Positions 1 through 13,495 of a stretch of DNA of 64,000 nt are shown in pieces. The notes under the pieces were generated by a model. The model saw only the letters and a program-made list of their open reading frames with translations, was not told the DNA's origin and did no database searches. The stretch's first letter is position 1; each line of letters begins with the position of its first letter. This stretch comes from Octopus vulgaris (lineage: Eukaryota): assembly GCA_951406725.2 (NCBI GenBank), contig OX597815.1:94984001-95048000 (forward strand), read 5' to 3'. Made by a program: the position numbers and the translations under genes.

Positions 1-142
1 ACGTGTGCGTATAGATATATTGAGAGATAAGTAAAATACGTTAATAGAAAATGGTTTGGTCAACGTTATACAATAATATGGCTGTCACATTTCTGTGTCT
101 ATTCGCCTATTTCTTTATGTTTCACAGCCTCCCTTACTCACG

Positions 143-171
143 AATGCACACATACACACACACAAACACAC

Positions 172-208
<37 letters not shown>

Positions 209-290
209 CATACACACACATACACACACACACAAGTTCCCAACCACATGCTGGCACACACACATACACACACACACGCTCACACACATC
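143..290. repeat. (CA)n-rich microsatellite
   Basis: Directly visible dinucleotide tract; explains ORFs 51..305 and 95..325. Confidence 0.95.
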
Positions 291-639
291 TATATAAAGT
301 TATAAATGAGAGGGAAATATTTTGATGAACTACTTTGATAATGGAAATATTTTGATAATGAATAAATTACTTAAATGTTTGCATTGATACAAAATGCAAA
401 AAATTCGTTCAAAATGATTCAGAATTTGAGCCATGTCCTCAGGTGAAAGAAAGTTCTTGTATGTTACTATATATTCTAGCTGGTTGTGCAATGATACATT
501 AAGGAGCTTTTTCTATGAGTACTACCGAATTACTCTAATTGATATATTGTGACACACACGCGCGCGCACACACACGCACATACACATATATAGATAGATA
601 TGGATTAATATATATTTGTATATATATATATATATAAGA

Positions 640-2148
640 GAAAATTGGAAGCTATACCTGGATGACTGTTTTATCATCTGGAAGGAGAACATCGACAAAC
701 ATTTTGGATTTCAAAACAACACTAAATGACATAAATAGTAACATTCAATTCACAATGGAATATAACAAAGAACAACTTCCATTTTTAGACATCATGATAA
801 AAAAAGTTAACAATGAAATCATAACTGACATTTATTATAAACCAACTGATTCAAAACAATATCTTCTTCTTAACTCATGCCACCCGAAACACATAAAAAT
901 AAACATCCCTTTTAACTTAGCAAAAAGGATCTGTACAATAGTGTCTGATAGAACAACCCGGGACCTTCGTCTTCAAGACCTCAAAACAACACTTATTTAT
1001 AGACAATATCCACCCGCTCTTATCGACGAGGGAATTAAATGTGCCAAACAATTAGACACAAAAACACTAAGAACAAAAAACATAGCACCACACCTCAAAC
1101 CAAAACATTACTTTTTATATCAACACACAACCCCAGAAACAGTGAGGCATTCAACACTATTGTGCAAACTCTCCCTTTACTAACTAGAGATCCAAAAATG
1201 AACGACATCCTGAAAACACACAAACTCATCAAATGCAAAAAACAAGACAAATCGCTAAAGAGACTACTAACAAATGCGAAGCTTTACAAAACAACCACGA
1301 AACCAACGGTTGAAAAATGTGGACGCCCGAACTGAGGAACCTGCCCCAACCTGCTTGAAGGCTCGGATTTCCTTTTCAAACAAGGACAGAGGTTCACAAT
1401 TAAAACTAGTTTCACCTGTGCCTCTGAGAACCTAATTTATATTAATAACCTGCTCGGGTTGCGGTCATTAGTGCATTGGACAAACGAGTTTGACTTTGAG
1501 AAAGAGAATCACTCTACATAAGGAGCAAATCCGTTTCTCGGAATACAGACAAATTCCTCTCAGTGAACACATAGAAAAATGTGCAGGTAACATCAAACCA
1601 AATTCCACAGTCTTCCCTCTCTACCAGTGCAAAGACGCAATCTCTCAACTAGAACGGTTAAATAATGAACCTTTTTTCATTGAAAAATACAAAACACGTC
1701 TTAATATGCACGCATAACCAACTTTTATATTTTTACATATTCCATTCACGATTACATCACTGTACATAAACCCCCTACTAAACAAGGTTTTTTAAAACCT
1801 GTCTTTTTTCTGTACTCATATTTAATCCTCACCTATTACCGAAGGCTGAACAGTTATCTCCCTTACACACAACAATAACAATAATAACAACCAATTACCT
1901 CCCTTTATTTGTCTACTTGTGAAGCCATTCACTCGTGAATTTCATCACTCACAACATGGACCAAATTTCTTGTTAAGAAAAAATATATATTCAAATAGAT
2001 TAAGCATAATATCATGAATAGCGATAGTGAAACCGGTCGATATATTAAAAATTATATTAAAACCATGTAAGTGTGCGTATTTTCCTTTTTTAATTTCTTA
2101 TATACATTACAACCCACAACGTGGAGACAATCGAAATTCCTCTTTTCT
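640..2148 (+). mobile_element. 5'-truncated, frameshifted Penelope-like element (Neptune-like): RT C-terminus, Cys-rich linker, GIY-YIG endonuclease, 3' pLTR region
   Basis: Translates to WKLYLDDCFIIW (RT catalytic motif), IQFTME..LPFLDI..DIYYKPTD..YL..SCHP (PLE thumb), KCGRPN*GTC linker, NLIY..TCSGC..IGQT..LRKR..H (GIY-YIG). It starts in (TA)n and has an HHR downstream. Confidence 0.9.
2009..2043 (+). ncRNA. Minimal type I hammerhead ribozyme in PLE 3' end (A3-U8 core variant)
   Basis: ATATC-ATGAATA-GC.GATA.GT-GAAAC-CG-GTC-GATAT; 5-bp stem I, palindromic ACCGGT stem III. Confidence 0.6.
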
Positions 2149-2171
2149 GTTACTACTACTACTACTACTAC

Positions 2172-2213
<42 letters not shown>

Positions 2214-2284
2214 TAATAATATTCGTTTTTATCAGATATGTGTATCATATACAGCAATATTTTTATATTGATAATCAATATATT

Positions 2285-2360
<76 letters not shown>

Positions 2361-2416
2361 TATACATATATATATGTGTGTGTGTATATGTGTGTGTGTT
2401 TGTGTGTGTTGTGTGT
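2149..2416. repeat. Compound microsatellite (TAC)n/(TA)n/(CA)n/(TG)n
   Basis: Directly visible. Confidence 0.95.
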
Positions 2417-4109
2417 CGAAGGTAAGTCTTGTGGATACTTTGTAATACAAAATTAATTGCGTTTCTATAGATCATTGTCGGCACCGAGTATTTTAAAATC
2501 AATGTGCGAATTGATCACCTCGAGGTGGATGCAGTTCCAACTTGCATACAATTTTGTGTTGTTCCGGGGTTATGATGTTTAAACTTCTCAACTACGTTAT
2601 CTCGTGTTCAATTCAACTACATGTTATCATGGGAAATGCCGTTTACATGATTTTGGCTTGACCGGGACCTTACGGGTGAATTTAGGTAAGAGGGACAGTA
2701 GGCAGTGATACACGACTAATTATAATTTACAAATAATTGAAATCAATGTAATGGAAGTAATAATAAAGCATTTACGTTAGCTGTTATTAAGATATTGACT
2801 TTGAATGTCCTTCATTTGAAGTATTTAATATGAAATGTAGAGATTTTTCGGTTAAATATGCTGCCAATTCATGTAGGCTTAGGTGTTTGGCGAAGAATTC
2901 CGTTTCGGAATCATAGTCATGATTTTGGTATCAATGCATTGTGGTCAGGTATCATCTATAATGATAAATGTCAAAACGTGTGTCACACTTTGTCCCCCCT
3001 CTCTCACTGTTCAGTGACACTTCAATTCCTCTTGCTGGGGTGAGAGTAATAGTAGGCATAGATACAGTGATGGTGGTAGTAGATTGACAGTTGTGATGGC
3101 AATGGGGTAATAGTAATAGTATGAGCTGTTGTTGTGACAGAGGCGGAGGCGACGTGATGATGAGGTGGTGGTGGTAGTTGAGGCGGTGATGGTGATGGTA
3201 AGGGATGTGAAAGACAGTGGTGATGGTGGTGGAGGGGAAGGTGGCGAAGTCAATAGTGTTAATGTTGATGGCGTCAGAAGTCTGAATGGTGTGTGTGTAT
3301 GGCAGTTGTGGTGGCGATGGTGGTGGTACTGGTGATGGTGATGGTTTAAAACAACAGAAAGACAGAGAGAAAGAAAGAGGTTAGACTGAAAAAAATGTAC
3401 TGAACACCGAATGGGAAGACAAAGAGTGTTGTTTATCATGAAGATTTGCAATAAGATCCAAGTCGATATATCATTGTTTTTATGAAAATTATTCATTGCT
3501 TGAAAAATACCGGTCAAGTTTAATAAAATTTAATATATACTCAATGTCATTATTGGGCTCAAAGCCCGGTGAAGTGTCCTCCACAGGAGCTAGCTTAAAA
3601 CTCACCCGCCCGATAGTTACTATAACTTCAGGATGTATTACATTGTGAGGGTAATTTGGCAGATATAGCATATGAGTGTATGAGTGTATGTTGAGTGTGT
3701 GTATATCCTAATCCTGGTGTAAATCATTCAGTGAAAGTAATCCTCTTTAGGCTGAAAGATAAAACTTTGAGATGGACCCCAATAAATTTGATGTTAAAGT
3801 GAAATTGTTACAGAATTAATTTCAGTCAAGTAAACGTTATGAAGAGCTTTCTTGAACATGGCCGCAGTCCAGTGATTGAAAATAGAAAATGAAAAAACTA
3901 AAAATATGCCGTATCATGATCTGCTTAAATTTGAAGGATTTCCTCTTACTAATAAGGTATATATTGAGCAAAACAATCCGAAATTTCGTAACAGCCTAAC
4001 TTGATATGCACCAACTAAGCGTCTACAAGTATTATATTTCTGAAAAAAAAAACCAACTAATAATCACGTATCACTTACAATTACTTCGTAACATAATTAT
4101 AGATGTGGT

Positions 4110-5170
4110 GTAGGGGACTCAGAACAGAGGCAGTACCTTTGGTATCTAGCATCTGCAACTTGCCAGGGATGGTCAGATGGACAGGCATCGCTGGTTTTCC
4201 TTCAACTACTTTCTCACACTTCATGGCTTCTAGTAACACATCCCGACATCCACTCCAGCTGGTAAGCTAAACCAAGGGAGGGGATGGTGTTAACACGGCA
4301 CCATTATCCGAAAGAGTCCGGGTAAGGCTCTCCACGGAGTAACTGGCTAGGATGGTGGAATTGCTCAGGTCAGCGGCAATGTGCTCGGGGGCAAGGCGTA
4401 TGTCATGTAGATGCATAGGATTATGGTCAACAGCTTGGAGAGGAATCGGCGCGCAGCCAATCTAACCTGCCCATGATACATTCATGATAATGACAACAAA
4501 ACCAGAGCTAATACCAGATCGGATATCACGCGGGTTATTGACTCACGTTGGGCAGTAGAAGACCTGGTGAAGTGTCGAAATATGGTTGTGATATCAATAA
4601 TGACTGCTCCAACGACATCACGGTAAACGGATAGGATGGAAGTATAGTTATGGATGAAATAGAATGATTTCAAAAATATGGTCATCAGCCAGTATAACTG
4701 AATTCAAATCGAGAAAAGAAAGAATATTCTAAAACCAAAAATTTTCATAGATTAAGAGAGGACATGGTAAACTCTAAGTTCATATAAATATACCTAATAT
4801 ACCTAACAGAGCGGATAACCAACATTTGGAACTATGAAGCATATATATATTCTCGATTCCTTCAACCATAGATCTAACAACAATACCCATTACATTCTTA
4901 TGTATGTTGGTACTCAATGCCGAAGTTTAAAGACTCCAAATGATAGAAAGACATTGACCAAACTATGAATAACACTAGGAAACCTTAAGCCTCCTTGTAC
5001 TACATAAAACGCATTCCTTTCACTAATGTGTTAAAATATGATTTTTGAAAGTCTTAACGTGATCTAGTTGTAAAGAACACAATATAAAATTAAAGTCATG
5101 TTTATGATCATGATACTTAGCACCTTCTGAAATTTATCACTCTCATTTTAGCTTATAATTTTCATCCTTA
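4110..5170 (+). mobile_element. Highly decayed LINE 5' region (RTE-like 5'UTR plus AP-endonuclease remnant)
   Basis: GC-richer leader followed by remnants such as TRSDITRVIDSRWAVEDLVKCRNMVVIS and HYILMYVG-LNAEV (GDxNA-like); many stops and frameshifts. Confidence 0.4.
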
Positions 5171-5343
5171 ATATAATAATCGTTTAGAACATTATCATCT
5201 TCGTGTCAATATCAGTATTTGTATTGTCTTTTTATTTATTGTTGATTTCAGAAAGAACGTTTGTCAGTCTGTGTGTTTGTGTGTGGGTGCGTGGGCGTGT
5301 CTCTGTGTATTTCTGAGTGTAAGTATGCATAAGTATGTATGTA

Positions 5344-5383
<40 letters not shown>

Positions 5384-5384
<1 letters not shown>

Positions 5385-5776
5385 TCTTTTACTTGTTTCA
5401 GTCATTCGACTGCGGGAATGCTGGAGCACCGTCTTTAGTCGAGCAAATAGACCCCAAGACTTAGTCTCTGTAAGCCTAGTACTTTTTTGCCGAACCGCTA
5501 AGTTACGGGGACCTAAACATACCAGCGTCGTTGTCAAGCGATGTTGGGAGGACAAATACAGACACACAAATATATACACACACATACATACGTATGCATA
5601 TATATATATATACGACAGAGTTCTTTCAGTTTCTGCCTACTAAATTCACTCACAAAGCTTTCGTCGGCCCGAGGCTATAGTAGAAGACACTTGCACAAGT
5701 TACCACACAGTAGGACTGAATTCGGAACCATGTGGCTGGTAGGCAAGCTACTTACCACACAGCCCCTCCTGCATCT
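5384..5776 (-). mobile_element. tRNA-headed SINE, family A (full length)
   Basis: Reverse complement of copies at 40474-40913 and 50763-51177; A/B-box-like head, internal microsatellite, CTGAAACAAGTAAAAGA tail. Confidence 0.9.
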
Positions 5777-6076
5777 ATATATAAATAATATAGGTCGCTA
5801 ATTCGCAATTTGACACATTAAATACAGAAATATACATGTCACTAAAGTCAACAAGGGCACTAAACAGCACTACTAGTTCACGCCGCGCTTAGGGTTGAAC
5901 TCACCTTGTCAGCTTATATAATTTCTGTTGACATCATACGCTGATTTCGATCATACGCTGACTTCAGTTGTTAAGCGATGGTGGTTGGGGGAACAAACAC
6001 GAGACACAAATACATACATACATGAATATATATATAAGAACAATGAAAAATGGAAAAATGTTATTTAAATATCGCT

Positions 6077-6169
6077 ATATCACCGACATATGTTTTGTTA
6101 GATGCACTAAAATAAATTCTAGAGGACGAATAATGTGGAACAATGCAGCAACCTCATCAGGGAGGATAT
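6077..6169 (-). ncRNA. Degenerate type I hammerhead with long stem II, in a short PLE-pLTR-like repeat (about 6035-6195)
   Basis: Minus strand: ATATCCTCC-CTGATGA-stem II insert-AAAAC(G12>A)-ATAT-GTC-GGTGATAT; homologous to 7105-7193. Confidence 0.7.
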
Positions 6170-6217
6170 ATACAACAGTGTGCATCAATGAGACATATAA
6201 GAAACTACAATATATAC

Positions 6218-6280
<63 letters not shown>

Positions 6281-6307
6281 TACACATGCATATGCACATA
6301 TATATCA

Positions 6308-6531
6308 GTTTGGAAAAGAGGATGAATAGTTATTTGTTTGTACAAAGAGGGCAGAATGGTTTCCCTTTATCATCGGGAAATGATCTTGATAAAAGTTTCC
6401 AAGCTAAAGGAAATTGTTTATTTGAGTCTTTAAATGCCAAATTAGTTTACTAACACCTGTATACAGGTCTTAATAAACTAATTTGGTATCTCAAAGGCTA
6501 ATAAACAACTATTTATCCTCTTTTCCAAACC
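6308..6531. repeat. Old, interrupted fold-back palindrome next to (TA)n
   Basis: GTTTGGAAAAGAGGATGAATAGTT.. (6308) is inverted at 6500-6531; inner arms 6414-6461 and 6462-6509 centre on ACCTGTATACAGGT. Confidence 0.7.
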
Positions 6532-6945
6532 TACACTAGTCAACACCTATAAAGAACGTGTTTACAGGTGTTTACATTGGAAAAATTACTCTTTCAGCTA
6601 TTTCAAATAATATCTTTCACCTAATATTATCTGCTACTTAATTTTATTCTTACTTCTCATACTTCCTATTCTTTTCTTTATCTTTTCTTTCCATCTATCA
6701 TTTATTCTCTATTTGCTTATACCACCATTTCTCCTTTAATTCTCTTTCTCTCTTCTTTCTTTTCTTATGTCGCCCTGTGACGTCAAATTTCTTAACGGTA
6801 GTTTTTTTTAATAATTACTAGTGTTCCCTATACAACTTAGCTTTCCATAGGTTATATGTGTGTATGTATATGCATGTAAATATTTATATATGTGCATGTG
6901 TGTATTTATATGTATACATATGTATGAAAATATATATGTATATGC

Positions 6946-7042
<97 letters not shown>

Positions 7043-7104
7043 CATATATATATATATATATATATCATATCATATATTGTAGTTCTTACATCAGTTGAAA
7101 TGTC

Positions 7105-7193
7105 ATCCTCCCTGATGAGATTGATGCATTGTTCTACCATTATTCATCTTCTCAGATTTATTTTAATGCATCTATCGAAACATATGTGGTGAT
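7105..7193 (+). ncRNA. Type I hammerhead with long stem II, cleavage-site nucleotide deleted
   Basis: ATCCTCC-CTGATGA-GATTGATGCATT...AATGCATCTATC-GAAAC-ATAT-GT(-)-GGTGAT. Confidence 0.75.
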
Positions 7194-7221
7194 ATAAATG
7201 ATTTTGATAACATCTTGTCCT

Positions 7222-7368
7222 GAGAAGCTTGCTTTCGAGTTACGTGGTTCTGGGTTCTGTCCCACTGCATTATACTTTGGGCGAGTGTCTTCTACTGTAG
7301 CCTCGAGCCGACCAAAGCCTTGTGAGTGGATTTGGTAGACGGAAACTGAACGAAGTCCGCTGACCGCG
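7222..7368 (+). mobile_element. SINE family A, 5' half
   Basis: Matches 50785-50925. Confidence 0.85.
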
Positions 7369-7570
7369 TGTGTACTGTTGGCGATTTTTTTCCTCCGTCT
7401 TCCCTTCTTTGGATCTTTCCTTTTCCTATGTTTCTGGCGAAGAGCTCCGCTCGATGCGTTAAACCCTTCTTTCCCTCTTCCTGAGCGTCCAATTATGCTA
7501 TACTTGTTCCACGTCCTCGCGTTGTTGTGTTTTCTCTTTGTGTTTTCATGTTTGGATTAACTTTATATAT
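7369..7570 (+). mobile_element. Short HHR-bearing repeat (solo PLE-pLTR-like), mutated hammerhead at 7430-7464
   Basis: GTTT-CTGGCGA-A-GAGC.TCC.GCTC-GATGC-GTT-AAAC; same family at 16082-16290 (-) and 44472-44600 (-); ends in (TA)n. Confidence 0.75.
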
Positions 7571-7759
7571 AAATATATATACACCACCCTGACAATTACA
7601 AGACACACTCACACAAACACACCCACACATAAACGCACACCACACAGAAAAATATAAACAAAACACGCATACATACAAATGTGCGCGCACACAACATAAT
7701 ATCCTTAACCGCCTACTCCCCCCAAAAGCATCCACAACAAATACAAGATGTTGTCTTTC

Positions 7760-8423
7760 TCTTTCGCAAAATGAGCCCCCCCTTAACTTTGCTCAGATTG
7801 CTTTCAATTTTGGTGTATCGATGCAACTTTGAATTTTGATTACGATTAACCAATTACTTCATCTAAATTAAAGAATCTGAAGTGATTTGGAATTAAAGTT
7901 GGGAAATTTGGGTAATTTAGCCAATCAATAGACAGCGTGGCATTAGCAGCTTCTTACTATGACAACCGCACGCTGAGTTGTGGTTCGCTGTTGTCTGTGC
8001 CGCTGTTGTCTATGTTGATTTTTCTCATGTGCTTCTGTGTGTTAGTATTTTTACATATTTTTCATTTCATATATTTTTGGGTCTCATTGACTCAGATAGC
8101 TGGATTTATGATTTCACTAGGTTAATTATATTCATAAAAATTTAAATTAGGAGTATTTCTTTAAACCGTTATCTTCACATTTCAACAGGTTAAATGAAAT
8201 TTAGCCCACGTAACAGGAACAGACAGGGATATCGTGAAATAGAAACCGTGGGTGATACAGATAATTTGACATTATTTTTTAATTCTGCATGCAAAAACAT
8301 ACAAGATGCAGGTTTTTTTTGCTTGGGACAAATTCTTTGTTGACTACTGATATTCTTATCATGGTTTATAAATCCAAGCATGAAAATGTTACTCAACTTT
8401 GGAGTTTTGGAGACAGACGCTCC

Positions 8424-8460
<37 letters not shown>

Positions 8461-8775
8461 TATTGATGTACACAAATACATAACAGGTATACATAATACT
8501 GAAATACGCATAAAGTAAAGACCTACTGACAAATATATTAATACAAGAAAGTAAGCGAATGAGAGAAGACTTGTCAAAGTGTGCATTTTTTGCACTAGTA
8601 ACCACACTTTTTAAGATAGGGATTTCTAAGCTAGCCCATTAACATCTTCGCCTCATTTTACATGTCCCTGTAAATTTTGGAATCAATCCGACGGGATCTA
8701 GTGACCTTTAATCCGTTCCAATTCCAAAACCAGACAAACAAACTTTTCGCATTTCAGATTTATAGATATTGATAG
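7760..8775. mobile_element. Unclassified non-autonomous DNA-transposon/Helitron-like fragments
   Basis: 8670-8775 ends ..CAAACAAACTTTTCGCATTTCAGATTTATAGATATTGATAG, resembling non-autonomous Helitron-like ends; no ORF. Confidence 0.3.
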
Positions 8776-9139
8776 CAAATTTTAAAAAAATAATAAAAAA
8801 TACAGTCAATGAAGAGACAAAAGAAACATAATATGATACATGTTGATTTTATTAGGTATTTCTGTTTATTTAGAAATCTACAATGAACAGGTCAGAGGCT
8901 AAACTATAAATTTCAAAGAGTGTAACCTTAAAGTTGACACCGCTCCATTAAACGCAGAAAAGTTCTGGCTCACTATTGACTAAAAATATAGTTTTTTTCG
9001 ATTTTTAAACCCCTTTAAATGTTTCTCCAATTTTTTTCTGCACAACATCATACCCTCAAAGCAATGAGTCAGGAAATTCATATTATTAGAGCCGATTTTC
9101 AGATTTCTTTTACTTCCTTTTAAAAAAAATCTAGATTCC

Positions 9140-9780
9140 AAACACACAGATACATACACAAGCACACACAAATACAACACAGCCACCCCCACACGCATAT
9201 ATACACACATACGTACACACACACTAACACGATATACCCATTTCCCAGTAAAAATACGCACACACACTCAAAGAAGAAACACGCATATACACAGGCAATA
9301 CAATTCCAACGATCACAAAAAACACAGACACATACACATACACATATATGCACACACAAAAGCACGTACGTGCACACAATAACACCCCACCCCTGACAAA
9401 TACAAGACACACTCACACAAGCACACCCACACATATACACACATACTACACAAACAATACAAATACAACGCTCACAAAAATACACCCAAACATACGCACA
9501 CACCACACAGAAAAATAACATGCACGTACACACTCATGCACACGTACACACACACTTCGCCGCAGCAAATATAGCATACACACACACATGCACCCCCCCC
9601 CCCGAAAAATACATAAACCACACTCACACACACACAAGCGCACATACACAGTAAATACACTTACACACATTCGGACACATATGCAGCCCATGATAAATAC
9701 AGTGCACTCACACGCACATACACACTCACACGCATACATATGCACCCCCACACACATACGTATACATACTCACACACACG
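9140..9780. repeat. Degenerate CA-rich low-complexity tract, partly similar to 7583-7700
   Basis: CACCCTGACAA.TACAAGACACACTCACACAA.CACACCCACACAT is present at both 7586 and 9390. Confidence 0.8.
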
Positions 9781-10361
9781 TTACGATTTTTGATGAACAA
9801 AGTAATACTCGCTTTTGTCCTACGAAATATTGTCTACAAATTCTTTCTGTAGATATGCTTATAAACAATTATGATTTCTGATAAACTTATAAACAATTAT
9901 GAACTGTTTAAACACACGGGCGGGGTGGGGTTTCTACAGAGACCTACTTTTTCGACTGCGGCTATTCCGAATCTGCAAAAAAAATGATCAGCTTTTTCAA
10001 AATATTGATTTCCTCATTTTTGTCGTGTGTGTGTGTGTATGCGTGCACTAGAAAAACCAATTTTTACATACCTCTCTTAATTCCAAAAGACCCTCAGCCA
10101 CAACATGTTCACTTTCTGTCACAGACGCGCTGGCGGAGGGGAGAAGTGTTTATTTGGTTGTTTATTTTTGAAAAATTGAAATTTTACAAAATTTTCTTTT
10201 TCAGAATCATAATCACCCTATTTTTCTACGTATTTCGCCAAAAAACATTCTAAAAAAAAAAAAAAAAATGAAAAATTGGGGGCGGGAGAGAATTAAAAAC
10301 AAACCGAAAAGAGATGCGGTCCATGCCTTTTACTTCCACCTAAATGCACACATATGTACGT

Positions 10362-10431
<70 letters not shown>

Positions 10432-11929
10432 ATGTATATTTATATATATGTATAACTTACTGGTACGTTACTCAATAAGTGAAAAAATGTATAGTAAATA
10501 TATAAATGCGTACACATATATACAGGAGTCCACTATTTAGGCAAGAACTTAGTAGTGTAACACTTGAGTCCTAATACACGAATTAAATTTAAATAAACGA
10601 TATATTCAACCACATGAAAGAAGTTGGTCTTCCTCAGTTGTTTCACAATTTTGATCTTGTTACATATTGTATGCTATACACTCACCTGCATGCCCATCTT
10701 TATTAGATTTTTGCGCATGCGTGTAGGTCTGTTAACTTCCACAACAGAAGAAATATCTTATCCGAATATGTTTCTTAAGACAGTATCGTACACTGCATCT
10801 GTTCTGGAGTATTTCTTATGCTGTCATATAACATCTACGCCAGACTGTGTGAAAATGTATAGGGGTCCATTATTTAATCGATATGATTAGTGGTTGCGCC
10901 CGATATTCCATGTTATTACCTTTGAATGAGCATGCCTAGGGTGTATATAATTGTCAGATAGCATAACAAAAGAGGGATTATGCAAGGATATAGACGAGGA
11001 AAGATGTTCCTTTGGTTTGAACACAATATTTTATTACTCCGTTTATTATATGGAATGTAAAATTAAATAAGAATCAAAATTGCTATCTGAACCCACGCAC
11101 AGGATACCTCTCTCAAGGCGCTGTTTTTGGAAAATGATTTATAACTGTCATTAATTCTTGTTCCAAAATCTTAGATCATGACAGACGTACAGAATTACTT
11201 GTTAATCATAAATATTCTGGTTAAGTTAATTTCATTGGGATTTCGAAAATTATGAAATATAGTCTTATGATTGAAAATATATCTACGTATGATTAAAATT
11301 GTTGAATTCCAGTGATAATAAATATCTCGCTTTTATAATAAGAGAAGGATGTAAAGTTATGTTTGCTAACTTATATGTTGGCATTTAAAATTACATCGTT
11401 TATTGAGATAAACGACATTTCATTTGGGAGATATAGCAAAGACTAAAATAATTAAGATTTAAATTAATGTAGTGGTTTCGAGGAAAGGGGAAATAATAAC
11501 GTAAAAGCGCTCTTTATAAATAGGTATATATTAATCCATCCAGTAAAGTGTTTGTAAATTTTTTCAGTATAAATTAAATTTCTGATTTGAAATATATTGT
11601 GATACCAGTTATATTGAGGCACATGAGTATGTGGAGCTCCTCAACTTCAGAATTACAAATTTTTGGTGTTATAATCTCTCAATGACCTTCCATTTTATGT
11701 CGTAGATAGTATCGCCCCCTTTAAGTTCATTTCTTTTAAGTAAACACTCTTCCCTTGTTAGAAAATAACAACCCCGCACCCGTTCATTTAACATCAAAAT
11801 TGAGTCTGTCGGAAATGTAGAGATACACGCTGTTTTCTGTTTTTATATTGTAGATAGATATGAAAAGAACTCTTTGTACTGACGATCTTTGATTATATAA
11901 CAACATCCTAACGGATTTGCATCTGTTTG

Positions 11930-11961
<32 letters not shown>

Positions 11962-12017
11962 TGTATGTATGCATGCATGTACACAGACAGACAGACAGAC
12001 AGACACACAAATACTCA

Positions 12018-12072
<55 letters not shown>

Positions 12073-12321
12073 GAATATATTAGTGTTTTGCGTGCATATT
12101 TTAAAAATTCCTATTCTGAAATAGTCTCTAATATTTCTAAATATTCGTTCATAACAATTTCCCAAAATATAACAGGTATAGGAGATCAAAGAATATTTAT
12201 TTTTAAATTGTTTAATCATAGGAAGGATGATATCATCAATTACTATTTTCAGTGCTTGAAATATTAGTGGGATAAAGAGAAGACATTTCCGCCTTTATTG
12301 TTCGTCGAAGTAATTAGTATT

Positions 12322-12755
12322 CTTTACTACTCTCGTCACATGGCCCAAAATTTTTGGGGAGGGGGTACCAGTCGATTAGATCGACCTTAGTACGCAACTA
12401 ATACTTAATTTATCGACCCCGAAAGGATGAAAGGCAAAGTCGAACTTGATGGAATTTGAACTTAGAACGTAAAGACAAACGAAATGCCGCTAAGCATTTC
12501 ATCCGGCGTGCTAACGTTTCTTATCTCTTTATTGCTCACAAGGGGCGAAACATAGAGGGGACAAACAAGGACAGACAAACGGATTAAGTCGATTACATTT
12601 ACCCCAGTGCGTACCTGGTACTTAATTTATCGACCCCGAAAGGATGAAAGGCAAAGTCGACATCGGCGGAATTTGAACTCAGAACGTAACGGCAGACAAA
12701 TTACCGCTATGCATTTCGCCCGACGTGCTAACGTTTCTGCCAGCTCACCGCCTTA
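12322..12755 (-). mobile_element. Two tandem SINE family B copies (Nin-domain-like)
   Basis: Minus strand carries a tRNA-like head (GAGTTCAAATTCC B box) and GTCGACTTTGCCTTTCATCCTTTCGGGGTCGATAAATTAAGTACC twice. Confidence 0.88.
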
Positions 12756-13381
12756 GGAGAAGTAATTATTATTGAATTACCAACTGATGTGATATGCATC
12801 CTGAATTATTTGCAGTGAAATGGATTCTGTACTCTAGGTAGTGGCGTTAAATCGACCAATGAATTTGGTTTAACACTCAAGAACAGCTATGGAATAGAGC
12901 CAGGCTTTCAAATTTGCAATCTACTCAGTTTCAATTGCAGTTCATGGACCGATACCCACAAAGTCTGTAAACACGTGATTGCAAAATGAACTACTTAAAA
13001 ATCATCGGAGAAAATTTATTTTCTATCTTGTATATAAAATGAATATCCAATGTGTTAATATAGAAAAGAAAGAGGTTAGTCTGTATAACATCTATGTAAT
13101 GAAATAACATTTTCCCCTATTAGCGCATTTTACATTTTAAGTTTCCCAGTATATTAATGATTTAAACCTAAATTTACTGATGGTCTATAGAAATAAATAT
13201 AAGTATAGACATATAACAGACAATTATAACAGATGCCGCATTACAAGGGTAAGGACCTCATATAAATAATCATTTTTATTGTCTCAGAGTACCGAACATA
13301 TATTCAACCAATACAATACTCTGAACACACAAGTTCGTGCACATTCAAATTTATAGATAATACATACCTGTAACCACAGCT

Positions 13382-13495
13382 ATACATACATACATACATA
13401 CATACATACATACATACATACATACATACATACATACATACATACATACATACATACATACGTACATATATTGGAAGGTACACACACACACACAC
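13382..13495. repeat. (TACA)n / (CA)n microsatellite
   Basis: Directly visible. Confidence 0.95.

Noticed and set aside
662-1717. ORFs 662..1183, 1039..1335 and 1490..1717 as functional genes
   Set aside because: Frameshifted pieces of one truncated PLE ORF with in-frame stops
3495-3600. ACCGGTC and AAGCCCGG motifs suggesting a hammerhead or twister ribozyme
   Set aside because: The remaining core nucleotides and pairings are missing
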